A stretch of DNA of 59,268 nt, counting the filler, from Bipalium vagum (Eukaryota): the NCBI GenBank assembly GCA_037834085.1. It is 3 parts of 3 records of this genome, joined end to end, with 100 filler letters (N's around TTAATTAATTAA, not from the genome) between each part and the next. Parts side by side here need not be neighbours in the genome. Positions count along the whole stretch, not along the records: positions 25,134 to 43,453 come from JBBMKC010032685.1; 2 more parts are not named here. One strand, 5' to 3'. Below the pieces are notes generated by a model, which saw nothing but the letters and a program-made list of their open reading frames with translations, did not search any database and was not told the origin of the DNA. The translations under genes were made by a program, and so were the position numbers. This document shows, in pieces, positions 26,001 to 38,939 of the stretch; positions within the stretch are counted from its first letter, which is position 1; each line of letters starts with the position of its first letter.

Positions 26001-29000
26001 TTCTGATCAATAAATATTTAATGCATTAAATTTCATGGGAAAATATTGGTATTATTTCATATAAAGATGACAACATTTAAATAATTATAATATAATGATA
26101 ATAACTATACAGTTTGTTGGGAAATATTAAAATTAATTATTTGAATATGAAAAATAAATTTTTTCACATTTGACGGAAATGATTAACTTAAGCAAAAGAG
26201 AATCTACTACATGTAGAGTAATACATTCGTCGATTATTTTTTCCAACAAAATTTATTCTGTCAGATATTGTTCGTTTTGAAGTTCTTAAACAACAGCGGA
26301 ATTTTTTGCATAGCCCTACAACTAACTTCAGAGACCTACTGAAGCATAGAGTTAATACCTTATGTTTTCTACCTACTTTAGTTTTAAAATGAATTTAAAA
26401 TTTTTAGTAACCTTGAGAAATGCTTCATCGGAATACCTTTTAATAACATTGGTGATTTGTTTTCTATATACATTGACTGGTTTACAACCTATTTTTTATA
26501 ATTTTTTTATTGTAGCCATTAAGACAAAAATAAAGTAAAAACAAAATGACCTATCCATCAATGTCAAATCCTACAAAAAATTGTATTCTTTTTTCAAAAC
26601 TTGTGAGATAATATAAAGATCCCACTTCTGAGTACCACAAAAAGCTTTGTTGATTTTGTTAATATTTAAAAGAAAGGAAAAAATTGTCAACAGAAATATC
26701 AATTATTTGAATTGGTATTTCTGTTGAAATTATTAATGAATTTATACTTCAATTTTAAAATATTGAATGATGAGGGAAATCCCTTTCAAAAGGAGATATA
26801 TATTGAAGTGGACCGATAATTTTTTTAATTAACTTCAATTACAATTAACTTTCAACATGTAACACAATGAACCAAAATTATTTAGAAAATGTTATAAACA
26901 TTGGTTAAAGATCATTACGGTGATAGTGCAATGGATTTTATTGATTTTGGCCATATTTTTCGAGTTGAAAATGTGGATAAAAAACTTTTTATTCAACGAA
27001 TTTGTATTTTAAACTGCTGTAAAAGTTATTTTTTATATATAATTTATAATGACACAAGTCGATGTTATTATTTTATTATGGCATTTTCCAAATAAGAATA
27101 ATATTAATGGATGGACAATTTCATTAATAAATGACACTCTCACTATGCTTTGGCATTTCTACCACATAAATAATGGATGGGGATATTTTCCATCCATCAA
27201 TTTCATCAGCTAATTCCTGTTTTCAACAGTCTTATTTCAGTTTTTATTATTTTTTTAAACAATAATTAATAAATCAGTTTTATTTGATTTTCACATTGGC
27301 AAATAAAAACGAAATAATTATAAATAAGTCGAAGATTAAATTAAGAACAAGATAAATTACTAAGAATCATTTGTTTCTCAATAGATCGATTGGGCTTTTT
27401 CCAATTGAACAGAATAAAATAAGTTCAATAAAAAATGATATGTTAATATTAAATTTAATAAATGATTTATATATATTCATATTTCATCAAATTCATGTTG
27501 TGCAAGTACTTAAATTCTTAATTTGACTTTTTAATTTTACCTCCAAATAGTGAAGATGTCCAAGTTGAATAAAAATGCAAAGAGTGGAGACGATAATGTC
27601 AACAATCTTTTGGCCTCCAACAAAAACAAGCCAAAATGTAAGGGCTGAGAAATATTTATTCAGAAATTCAATTTCAGATTTACATTTATCAGACGTGACT
27701 CCAACCATTTAGTTTTTATTTCTTCATCATATGAAATTATAAGTTTTTTCATTTTTTCTGATGATAATTTCTTCATTTGCAATAATGGAAACTGTTGGAT
27801 ATCTACGTTTTTCAACTTTTCAATTTGTTTTTAATAATGAATTTGTTGTGTTTTAAATATTTCGTATTTTATTTTCGATTTATTTTTTATTTTATTCACT
27901 GTTTACAAATAAAACTTTTTGTTCTCCTATACTATAAGTTGAGTTCAAAGCTTATATGAAAAAACTGAAAACTAACAAGTGATGTGAACTTATTGTTTTA
28001 TGTATTATTGTGTATAATAATGGTGATAATATAATAATGAATGTCTTATATTATTTGGAAAACCTCAGGTCTGTCGGAAATAGAAAACTGTAATAAATAT
28101 ATAAATAATTTGAGTTATAAATTTATTTATAAAAATTATTATTACAAAAATTAAATTATTATAAAAAAAAGTAATTTAATATTTTTACATGGTCAGCAAA
28201 AGATTAGCGATTTTTATTTCTCAAAATAATAATCGCAGTTACATGTCATAAACTACTGTTTTAAAAAAAATAAATTTCAATGTTATGACATCCGTGAATG
28301 CATCCATACTTAAATGGGATAACAAATTGATTATATTTATCTTATTATTTATTCAAATATAAACTGCTATTTCTTGATAAATTTTTGAAAAAATATATAA
28401 ATTCTGTAAATATTTTCTTTTTTTAATTTAAATATTTTAAAATAATATTAAATTTTTAATATTTAAATTTCTTTAAAGATTTATATTTGGCCCAGGCAGA
28501 TTACCAAATCGGATCTTTTTTTCCTCAAGCTTGCTTATTTTATTTGTTTTTAATTTGGTTTAGGAAAGAATAAATATATTAGAATAGTTTAAATGTTAAT
28601 ATTAATATGTTTCTTATTATCCTTAGTAGATTAAGGTATTGTATTGCAGAGATGGTGATTACTAACAATTGTGAACACTGAATGATGTTTAAGTGTTATG
28701 ATCAATGAGAATTTTAGACTTAGGTGGTCTGATTTCAAAGATTTGGTAAGGTTAACGAACAAAACCAAGTATGAAGTCAGATTGCTAGCAAGTTTACCTA
28801 TTAAAATAAAAAAAAATTAAAATTAAAATATTAACAAAATTTATATTCAAATCAAATATTAATATGTATTAATATATGTGGAGTTCTAATTAAGTTTTAG
28901 TAAAAATCTAACTATAATTATAATACTGAGATGACCCTATGTTTATCAAAATACGTATATTTTTGCTTTTAATCAAATTTTTCTTTATTTTCGTACACTT

Positions 29001-29201
29001 GTTTATATAATATTCAATATTATAAATATTTTCAACTGAACAATAGTACAGTAAAATTCGACAATTAATAAAGGTTTAAAAATTAAAAAGATAATTATTT
29101 ATTAAGTTACTATTTTAATTTAGATCATTAATCAATGAAATTTAATAAGTTTACAAACACGGTTTTAACATTTCTAACCGATTATTGACTGTGAGCTAAT
29201 T

Positions 29202-30857
29202 CTAACCAAAATGTCCTCTTCTTCTTCCTATACGACGTCTTCGACCTTGAGTATATCTGTAATTTGAATTTTTTATTGTTGTTAATTTTGAATATGGTGT
29301 TGTAGACAATGATGGAAGGACACTATTCAGATTATTTTTTATTTCATGTGTAATATTCGTAATCCATGGAACAAAATTCACGACATTTGTATAAATACCT
29401 GGCTTATCAGGTACAGCACAGCTTTCACCAAAGGAAGAAATACCATATAAAATAAATTTCTCTTTCTCCCTACAAACCAAGGGGCCACCACTGTCACCGC
29501 TACATGAGTCGACACCGCCATTCTTAAAACCCGCACAAATCATTTGATCAGTTATGATACCGTTATACTGATTTATACAAGTGTTCTTATCATAAATAGG
29601 AATATTGGCTTGTTTAAGAACTCCCTCTCCACCAGTATTTTTAGTATACCCCCAACCCAGAATAACACAATTTTTTTCTGTACCCACTTCTCTAACAGAA
29701 TCAGGAAGACAAACTGTTTGAACCGACACTGATAATATGGCTTTACTTTTTAATTTTATTAGAGCAATGTCATTGTCAAGTGTTCCCACATTGAACTGTG
29801 GATGTATTAAAATTTTTTCCACTCCTAAAGTTTGAACTTTACCATAAAGTAAATAATATCTACCTAAGTCTACTGTCCACTGATTTGGATTTGAATAAAG
29901 TATAAAACAATGAGCAGCACTTACGATCCACTGATCTGAAACTAGGCTACCTCCACAAATTGCCGTACCATTATATGATAACAAAGACATCCATGGCCAA
30001 CTTCCAGGAATTGATGCCCTACCTCCCACAATTTGTGGATTATCTTTATCATTCAAAACATAGTCAGGAACAATAGACTGAAAACTACACTCATTTTTCA
30101 AACTCGGTTTTAATGGATCGACTAATGGTACTTTTAAAGTGCAATTAAATTCATCTGAGTTATCATCACAATCCGATATACCGTTACACCAATATTCTTT
30201 AGAAATACATTGACCACTATAACAAGTCATTTGACTAGTTTGACATAACCTTGAAGAAATACAAATGGATTCATCTGAATTATCTAAACAATCTTGAATT
30301 TTGTCACATACCCAAGCCTTCGGAATACAACTATTTGTATAACTACATTTCCATTCTTCCTCACTACAAACTCTGTTAGTTTTCATAAAGGGTATCTTAC
30401 CTTGATTCACAGATGTTGTAAGAGCAAATAAATATCTCAATTGAAAACCTTCGAAATTCACGGATGAATCAGTAGAAAACACCACTCTAATTCTATTTTT
30501 CTGAGAAATAAATCTTTTACTGTCATCATTGCCACACATTTTGAAACTTTGATTGAACGAAGAAGAAAATTCAATAAAATCAAACTGGCACGATTCATCT
30601 AATTCCAAGTTAAGGAAATAAAACTGAATCACAATTTGATATCCAACAGGGGCGATAATGATCCATTCGCAATATACATTATTTGGATAAGGAGATATCC
30701 CAAATTCTTTATGAGATTGAATCAACCCTCCGTTATCATTCCGTAAAACTGGATTAACACATTCACTGTTTCTCATCCGGTTTGGTTGAAGTAAGAAACA
30801 AGTATTTATAAAACAGAACACGACAAAACTTTTTCTCAAAAAGTTATTAGCATACAT
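29202..30857 (-). CDS. single-exon secreted mosaic serine protease: signal peptide - CUB - LDLa x2 - trypsin (S1A) domain (matriptase/enteropeptidase-like)
   Basis: 551-aa ORF. CUB: YPNNVYCEWII, CQFDFIE, FSTDSSVNFEGF. Two LDLa repeats: CDKIQDCLDNSDE and CNGISDCDDNSDE. Protease domain has IVGG, SAAHC, DNDIALIKL and GDSGGP (intact triad) with Asp189. Confidence 0.95.
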   Translation of the reverse strand: MYANNFLRKSFVVFCFINTCFLLQPNRMRNSECVNPVLRNDNGGLIQSHKEFGISPYPNNVYCEWIIIAPVGYQIVIQFYFLNLELDESCQFDFIEFSSSFNQSFKMCGNDDSKRFISQKNRIRVVFSTDSSVNFEGFQLRYLFALTTSVNQGKIPFMKTNRVCSEEEWKCSYTNSCIPKAWVCDKIQDCLDNSDESICISSRLCQTSQMTCYSGQCISKEYWCNGISDCDDNSDEFNCTLKVPLVDPLKPSLKNECSFQSIVPDYVLNDKDNPQIVGGRASIPGSWPWMSLLSYNGTAICGGSLVSDQWIVSAAHCFILYSNPNQWTVDLGRYYLLYGKVQTLGVEKILIHPQFNVGTLDNDIALIKLKSKAILSVSVQTVCLPDSVREVGTEKNCVILGWGYTKNTGGEGVLKQANIPIYDKNTCINQYNGIITDQMICAGFKNGGVDSCSGDSGGPLVCREKEKFILYGISSFGESCAVPDKPGIYTNVVNFVPWITNITHEIKNNLNSVLPSLSTTPYSKLTTIKNSNYRYTQGRRRRIGRRRGHFG

Positions 30858-31432
30858 ATTTAAGGAATAGAAAATTATGATTCAGTAGACATTCAAGAAA
30901 TAAAGCCTTATCTGAATTATTATCATTAATATAGCCGCCAACAGATTTATCTTATCACTTTAACAACCATGTGACCATTGAATAATATAAATCATTCTAT
31001 TCCAAGGTGCATTTTTAAAAGGATTTTAGTGCTTCAAAAAATGTTTTACATGAGCTATACAAAAGTATCCAACATACTGATTTTGGGTCATTTTGAACAC
31101 TTCTAATATTGAACATTAATTTTAAAAGAAACATATTTCTACGAAATATTTAGTTTTAATTAAAAAATAAGTAGTATCGAAAACATAAAAAATTAAAAAA
31201 AGCCAGTAGATAAGTAGAAATATTATCAGTAATAATTACAGTTTAAATGTAAAGGTTAAAATAATAATAAATTTAATAAAATAATAAATTCCCATAATAT
31301 ATTTTTCACGTAAATTGATTTACTCAAAAAAAATAAATATCTGAAAAAATATTCAAAAACCTCTTGATAACAAATCAGAACGATAAACTAAAAATTGATC
31401 AATATTTTATTGAAATAAAATCAATTAATTAA

Positions 31433-31612
31433 CATCATCATCATCATTATCATGAACAAATATCCTTTTTGAAAGAAAATTATTCAATCTGTGTCTGTGA
31501 TCACATTTTAGACTACTCTGAAAAATTGAAAATTTCATAATATTTCTCCTGATAATCATTACGATCATCTTTGATTATCATCATCATTATCATCATCATC
31601 ATCTCATCATCA
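31433..31612. repeat. (ATC)n low-complexity tracts
   Basis: catcatcat runs at 31433-31453 and 31575-31612. Confidence 0.7.
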
Positions 31613-32417
31613 ATAAAATCAAATATTCAATTGCACGAGCCAATTAATTAACATCACAAAAATTATTCAATGTCAACTAGACCTAGTGGCGCTCAACTTG
31701 TCATTCAGCTCATAATAACAACGGTCACGACGAATGCCTGGAGGTCAGTGCGACAACTAACCATTAGAGCAATAAGCAAAATGGAAACACAATTACTTTC
31801 ATAATGGTCAATGATCGCATTGCTTTTTGCTTTCACAAACCTAAAAAATACAATTTACTTTAAATACCGCGAAAGTAAAGGAAAAAGTAAGAAATGTGCT
31901 TCTTTTACAATCGAAAAGAAGAAAAATCACATGCAAAACATCAATTCTGATATATCATATGAATTTGAACTTCTGTTACATTTTGATTATTTGTTTTCAT
32001 TTATAAATTGGGATTTTCGAAATTCAAAATAAACAATGACAATAATAGAGAACCCTGACAAGAATTTACCCATAGACAAAATATCATTTTTAATGATCGC
32101 AAAGGATTTTTTCATTACATACATTGATATGTTTTATTTTAAAAAGTAGATAAGAATAGTAAATTAATTAAATTTTAATTTATTAATTTCAAACAAAAAA
32201 ATATTCTCTATAAAAAATATAAATTTCTTTCATTAATCGATAAAAAGAAATAAAATATTAATACCACCGTCATACATAAAATTAAGCTCAGTTATAAAAT
32301 TTAATGCGAAACTTAATATAATCTTGGTGAGATCGACAGAATATTTTCTTTCTTTTACAGTAAAAATAAAACATTGATTAATGTTTTAATAATGAAAAAT
32401 CAATAATTACATTTTTA

Positions 32418-32419
<2 letters not shown>

Positions 32420-32459
<40 letters not shown>

Positions 32460-32475
32460 CATTATTATTATTATT
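32420..32475. repeat. (ATT)n microsatellite
   Basis: Seen directly in the sequence. Confidence 0.9.
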
Positions 32476-34029
32476 TGTATTTTTCGGATTGTATAGACAA
32501 ATACAAATATAAATATTTAACAATAAAGAAAAATTATTTATTTAATAAAAACATTTTTTCTGATTTCTGTCGAAAAATAACATTTCAACATGAAAGCCTC
32601 TATTGAGAATGAATAATCATCGTGTGAATCTTATTCATTTCATATGCAATGTCGATAAAATAGTTTTTTTTAGAAAGGTGAATAATAGCATGAACGACGA
32701 AAGACGACTTCTAAAATTGATAACAACAAATATTAGCAGCTCTCTGTGATGACAAATATAAATAATATCTCTTTTCTGTTAAATCGCCATGTACATTTAT
32801 TTCTAATTAATGAACGAGGGAATGATAAAGTCGTCTTTGGTGATTATTTTTAGGCTGCGATGATTCTGCGAAATGAGTCACTTATGATTTCCTTTCCGTC
32901 AGAAGGCAAAGAAATAAAACCAATCGAAAATTAATCAATAAATAAATCAATAATAAAAAAGATTATTGCTATTCTCTGGCGTTTTGAAACATTTTAAAAT
33001 CTGATTTTCTGAGTTATTAAAATTGAAGGAATTTTTAAATAAATCTGTATCTTTGTATAGAATTTACATTATTTTGAAACTTTAAAAAAATATTTTAAAA
33101 AGTTATAATTTTTTATAATGAGTTAGATATATCAATTTCTGGAGAAATTCAATAAATTAAAAATATTGATTTTTTGTGTGAAATTGATAGAAATACTACT
33201 ATCAGTGTTTAATTCATTTTATGATATCATTATTTTTAATGAATATAATTAATGGATAATTTAACATTAATAAATAGAAAATTAAATAATTCTTAAATTA
33301 CAACACAAAGTTTACAATTTATTATTATGATAAAAGAAAATAAGAATCGTTTAAAATTAAGAATTGACAAGGATCATACAAATAAAATAAATTTCAACAA
33401 GATGCAAAAGAAAATAAATAAAAGAATAATTTGACGGATATGCAAAGGTAAGACACGCTAGGGTAATTTATATATATTTACGTAGAATTGGTTTTCACAT
33501 TATTCCATTAACGATTAAAAATCCTAATATTTTTTTCATTAATAATATAAATAATATAAATAATATAACCAATAATTAAATCAATTAATATTAATTTAAG
33601 TTAATTTGAAATTCAATAAACTTTGTCTCCTTAATATAAAACGAATTAATTTTTTAATTTCCAAAACTTAATAATCAACAAATAAAGGACGAACAATAAG
33701 ACTCGCTCCATATAAGACTTTCAAATGTCAGAGAATTTCATTAATGCTAATAAACCAGTTTTCTTGTTGGCAGAAATAAAAAAACATTCTGCACTGTTAA
33801 CTATTATTTAACGAAGGAAATAATAAATTCAAATCAAAACATTTTTAAGAAAAAAAAATTAATTTACATTAAATTTATTTATTATAATTATACTAATAAA
33901 ATAAATTTTGAAAAATTTACAATCTTGTCAATAGATTAATAAGGAAATTAATAATCAATATAAATTTTAAATTATGAGACATTAAATATATTAAATTGTA
34001 TAAAAGACAGAAAAATTGTCATTAAAGTA

Positions 34030-35038
34030 TTAGGTTGGTGCAAAAATAATGCATCTTTTTGCATTGCTTAACTAAAGCATTTTTTAACTAAACAATACAC
34101 TTTAAAATCAAATTGTTATTTTTAGTAATATTCACTTGTTTAAGAGCATTAATTAAATAATAATTTAAAGTAAAATTTAAATGTCATAATTTATTTAGAA
34201 ATGAAAACTGTGTTTTAGATGTCGATAAAGGACTTCCGTAAAATATATTTATGAGTTCAAGCTAGGCAGAAGAGCTGTGGAAGCAGCACGAAATATTAAT
34301 ATAGTATGGGGCATAGGAACCGTGAACAAAACAACAGTTCAGAGTTGGTTTTTAAAGTTTGAAAACAATAATTAGTCTAGAGGATAAAGTAGGTCGTGGC
34401 CGTCCATCAGCTGTAGAAAATTATCAATTAGAGACTGACATCGAATCTGATTCAAGGAAAACCATAAGAAAAGTTGCAAAAGAACTTCAGGTTCACCATT
34501 CAACCATTGTGAGACGCCTGGAAAAGTGAAGAAGCTGGACAAATGGGTGCCACACGAGCTCAATGCAAACCAAAAATTATATCACTTTGAAGTTGCGTCT
34601 TCCATTCTTTTCCGTAACAAGAACGACCAATTTCTCAATAGAATTGAGACATGTGATGAGAAATGGATCTTGTACGATAATAGACAACGCTCTGGTCAAT
34701 GGCTGGACAAAAGCGAACCTCCAAAAACCTTTCCGAAACAAAACTTTCAACAGAAAAAGGTAATGATAACTGTTTGGTGATGTGTACATGGTTTGATCCA
34801 TTTCAATTTCCTGGATCCTGGAAAAAGGATTACGTCCAACAGCAAATCAACGATATGCACCAAAAATTACAAATTTTAGTCCAGCTTTGGTAAACAGAAT
34901 CAGTCTTCAGGATAATGCCAGACCACATCGCATTATTAACCTTGCAGAAATTTAACGAACTGGATTACGAAATTCTGTCCCATTCTCCATATTCCTCAGA
35001 CTTAGCACCAACAGACTTCCATTTTTTCAAACATTCCA
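34030..35038 (+). mobile_element. mariner element, cecropia/Hsmar1-like, with left TIR; pseudogenised and 3' truncated
   Basis: TIR TA|TTAGGTTGGTGCAAAAATAATGC. Motifs EFKLGRRAVEAARNIN, KKLDKWVPHELN, TCDEKWILYDNRQRSGQWLD, QKKVMITVW, QDNARPH and PYSSDLAPTDFHFFKH. Confidence 0.92.
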
Positions 35039-35044
35039 TTTTTT

Positions 35045-35200
35045 TTACAAATTAGGTAACTTATGATTTCCATCTTTAAAGAAATTTTCCGACTTGAAGA
35101 CAATCCAATCATCTAACCAATTTTTGACATCTTGAACATTTTGGAAGTGCTGCTCAGCAAGACCATAAGCCATTGACCAGAAGAGGAGATAATCCGACGG
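35045..35200 (-). mobile_element. mariner (Mos1/mauritiana-like) transposase C-terminal fragment
   Basis: SDYLLFWSMAYGLAEQHFQNVQDVKNWLDDWIVFKSENFFKDGNHKLP. Confidence 0.8.
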
Positions 35201-35204
35201 GCGA

Positions 35205-35653
35205 TTCTGTTTCTGTCGGATTCCATCCGTTAACTTGATTAAATTCTACTATAGGTTTCCAAACTTCCTCAATTCGATCTTCTCAATTTCTGAGATCGTT
35301 AATACGCTTTTTTTGTGATTTTATGTGACAAGAACTCTTTCACCATCTTATTCCTCTATGATAGCTGATAACTTTTCCAAATCACCCATCATATCTTAGA
35401 AAAGGCCAATCGTAATCTTCCTTCGAATCACCTAAGTTTTCCGGCCGTGCTTTCGTATTTCTTTACTAAATCTAAGTCCTATAAACAATAGATCAACGTG
35501 TTCCTTCTTTTCACTTGTGCACTGTGCGATGAATATCTCACGATCGTCACTCTTACAGAACGTTTTTGGTTGGAGACGTTCAGTGATCGGAACCGAGTCG
35601 GTGATGGTTGCGATGTTAATATCAATCGATTTATAATCAGAACTACAAGTCAT
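35205..35653 (-). mobile_element. LTR retrotransposon gag N-terminal relic related to the gag at 252
   Basis: TITDSVPITERLQPKTFCKSDDREIF aligns by eye with TLSDS-IADRIAPDVLRKGDDLGVL (285-355). Confidence 0.55.
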
Positions 35654-37199
35654 TTTTTTGAATAGATTTATTAAAATATTAATTTCTTTTTAAAATTCAC
35701 TTCATTTATTAATAACCCGGTGCTCTAAACATTTTAGAATTTTATAAATTTATTTACCAAAATAAAATTTTCGGTATTCTAAAGATTTGCCAATAATATT
35801 AATATCGAAAATGTTGTCACTGGGATCTTGAGAATACTTAACTATTATTTATTATAGTATTAAATTAAATAAATGAAAGCATCATTCCACATACTTCTAT
35901 GCGATTCAATAAATTAAAAAATACAAACAGATTTTATTCAGTTTCAATCAAAAAACTTCCATCAAATTCAAAATCAATGTTAATAATTATATGACTTGGA
36001 AAAATGGAAACATTTTCTTTTTGTAATACCTTAAGCTAGTTCATTCATAAAAGAAACATTGGAAAATACATTTTTTAGAGTTTTGAGTCACAAAATAAAT
36101 TTCAAAATAATTTGCAAGGTACAACTACTAACTAATTTACTTCAGATTCAGATTTTAAATTTTAAAAATTAGAAAAAAAATCATTAAACTTCAAAAACCT
36201 AAAGTAAATAAGAAAAAAGATATAAAATATTCAGAAAAATTGAACACTAAGATAGTTCTCAAGATAAAGTCAAAATATTGTTGCAAAAGATCAGCTCACG
36301 AACTAAAACAATGATCCACAGAACATACCACCGTGGTCTCAACTTTGTCGATTTATCAAATCCTGGTGTGATCGCGGCCATATTTACATTAGAATAATGA
36401 TCAGTTTATTGGTAAATTTCGACCACTATAGATTTTACTCCTTGATCAACCGAATTAACAAACAGAGCATCATTTTTTTACTACGCTCTTTGAACTTTTA
36501 TTATTTATTATTATTACATGTGCTAATTACGTAAGAGTCCATAAGACTCTATTTTTGAGTCCTAATTTCTACCACTAATTTCTACTGTATATGTAAAATA
36601 TTCTATGATTCTTCTATTCGTTTAATGTTTCGTTTAGTGCTACACAATATTCGGGAAACCTCCCAAAATTTAAGATGCTTGCATCAAAAACTATTCTCTT
36701 TAAAATAACTCTTATTTATCGATATTTTTCCATATTGTAATTGGCATTGTAACATTTGATTACTATAAACTGGCAAACTAAACAATTAATGTAAAATAAT
36801 CTCTAATTTTTAAATAGCTCTGACATATCGCAAAACAAACTGATTCATTTTTAATATTTTTTAAAAACCGTGAATTGTAGGATAGAAGTAAGAATTGAAA
36901 CAAAATAAGAAATCAAAATCCAATAAAAAATAAATTGAATAGATCAAAGCTGATCTTTGGTTAAAAACAATTGCATTCATTTTTTTGAACAAAGTTCAAA
37001 AGAACACTGTATATGAAACAACGAAATATAAACACCAACACCAGGTGCAATAAATATTGGTTAAACGACAGAAATTTGCAGGCATAAATTAGGTACCTAC
37101 AGCGACACATTGTATCCTTATCCATGAAAACAGACAAGAACGGTTCCGTCTATTATTATTAAAACAATATTTGTCAATAGTTATCCCCAAAATGAAAAT

Positions 37200-37229
37200 T
37201 TAATCTGACAAAATTTTTAAAAATTGACA
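37200..37229 (-). CDS. brsk: BRSK/SAD kinase, candidate terminal exon (CQFLKILSD*)
   Basis: Polypyrimidine acceptor ttttattttaccag, phase 0, after a 127-nt intron. No homology support. Confidence 0.4.
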   Translation of the reverse strand, partial: CQFLKILSD

Positions 37230-37356
37230 CTGGTAAAATAAAAAAGAACTAATAGTATCAATAATAATTTAAATATTAATAATAAAATTTTATTTATTTA
37301 TTTTTCACTTTTATTGCCTGAAAAAATATTTTGATAATATTGAAAAACATTATCAC

Positions 37357-37835
37357 CTCGTCTTCATTATTGAGCAAAGGAAGTGAAGATAATGAATTTG
37401 AAGAACTAAGACTGGTTTTTTCTATGGAATTACTTCTATCACAAGAATGAATGGCACTGATTGACGCATTGGATAATCGCTTGCTTTTATTATTTTGTCC
37501 TGAGCTGATAATATCTGTTAAAGGAGCATCACCAGAATTGTCTCTTTTGGGAGAAGTAGAAGGTTTACTGGATGTCTGAGATTTACTACTGACACTAATC
37601 AAACTGGCATTAGAGGTCTGATTCGATGGATATTTAAAGATATAGTCCTTGGAAAGATAACTTAGTTGACTGCTTGTATCATCAATATTGCATCCATTAT
37701 TTATCACCGGGACGACGTTACTGGAAGTGAATTCATTTGCATTGTTAGGTTTTGCGCATGCAGCTGATATCGATTGACAATTTAGTAAGGCAGTTTGGAG
37801 ATTTTCACAAAGACGCTTAAATCTTCTACTAGGTC
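37357..37835 (-). CDS. brsk: BRSK/SAD kinase exon (end of KA1 domain plus Ser-rich tail)
   Basis: ttttag|GA gives GPSRRFKRLCENLQ (BRSK GPSRRFKRVVETIQ). Candidate donor GAG|gtgata. Confidence 0.85.
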
Positions 37836-37887
37836 CTAAAAATGACATTGTTCAATGAAAAAAAAAACGTTTGATGGAAAGGAATTG

Positions 37888-37903
37888 AAGAAAATCTTTG
37901 TTA

Positions 37904-37961
<58 letters not shown>

Positions 37962-37973
37962 TATTATTATTAT
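37888..37973. repeat. (ATT)n microsatellite
   Basis: Seen directly in the sequence. Confidence 0.9.
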
Positions 37974-38939
37974 TTTAAAATTAATTTAATAAAATTTATA
38001 TTAATAAGAAAAACCAGGAATTTTAATTTCATTTTTTACAATCTTAACATTAAAAAAATTAAAATTTCGAAAATTAAAATATTATTAATTAATTTTACTG
38101 AAATGTAAAAAAATATTTTTTAGTAAATGAATATATTTTAACCATTGTGAAATTTATGCAAAATATCAATATTTTATTCTTAAAATTTTTATAATGGATA
38201 AAAAAATTATTTGTTCAAATACGAAAATACCAAATCACACATCACACGAAATATTACAAATTATCTTTGATATATATGGAAAAGGAAGCAACAATCTCAC
38301 TAATACGTTAATGAGAGAGGAAACAATAACTGCAAAATAGATCAAATAAATAAACAATATTTTGTATTTACCTTTCACCAAAATTCTAGAGAAATTTATG
38401 TTTAAATTTTCTTATTTGTAAAAGAAATTTTATCAAGAAATATTTTGTTATCAACAAAGAAAGGAAAAATTGGCATCACGCTAAACTAGCAAATAAAAAG
38501 TCGATTCTTATATTTTTCTTCTTTTTCTTATTGATTTTCTTTATTCATTATTCTACTGTAGAATTTTAAAAATTAAAATTGAAAAACCTGATAATTCCAT
38601 TTAATTAAAGTATGATGATCTGCCTAATAATTTTGAGGTTCACCTTCAAAAAATAATTTATTTTCGAATTATTACTATTTTATTAATTTAATGTATATAC
38701 TCATCTTTATTTTCATTATTTAAGTTTCAGAATTTATTGTATTTGTATCAGTTCACTGGATGTCTTTCCTTAGAAACACAGTCAAGCTTCGAACACGTAA
38801 TAACATTATAACAAGAATTCAATAAAAGAGGTGATATGAAATGAGTTAATCAAATACATTGAGATGGACTATACAGTTTAAGTTTATTGAAAAGAAAAAA
38901 TATATTTACATAGAAACCTTAGATAAAAATTCTTATTAC

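Noticed and set aside
27493-27708. 71-aa hydrophobic ORF
   Set aside because: No recognisable homology or linked exons; cannot be supported.
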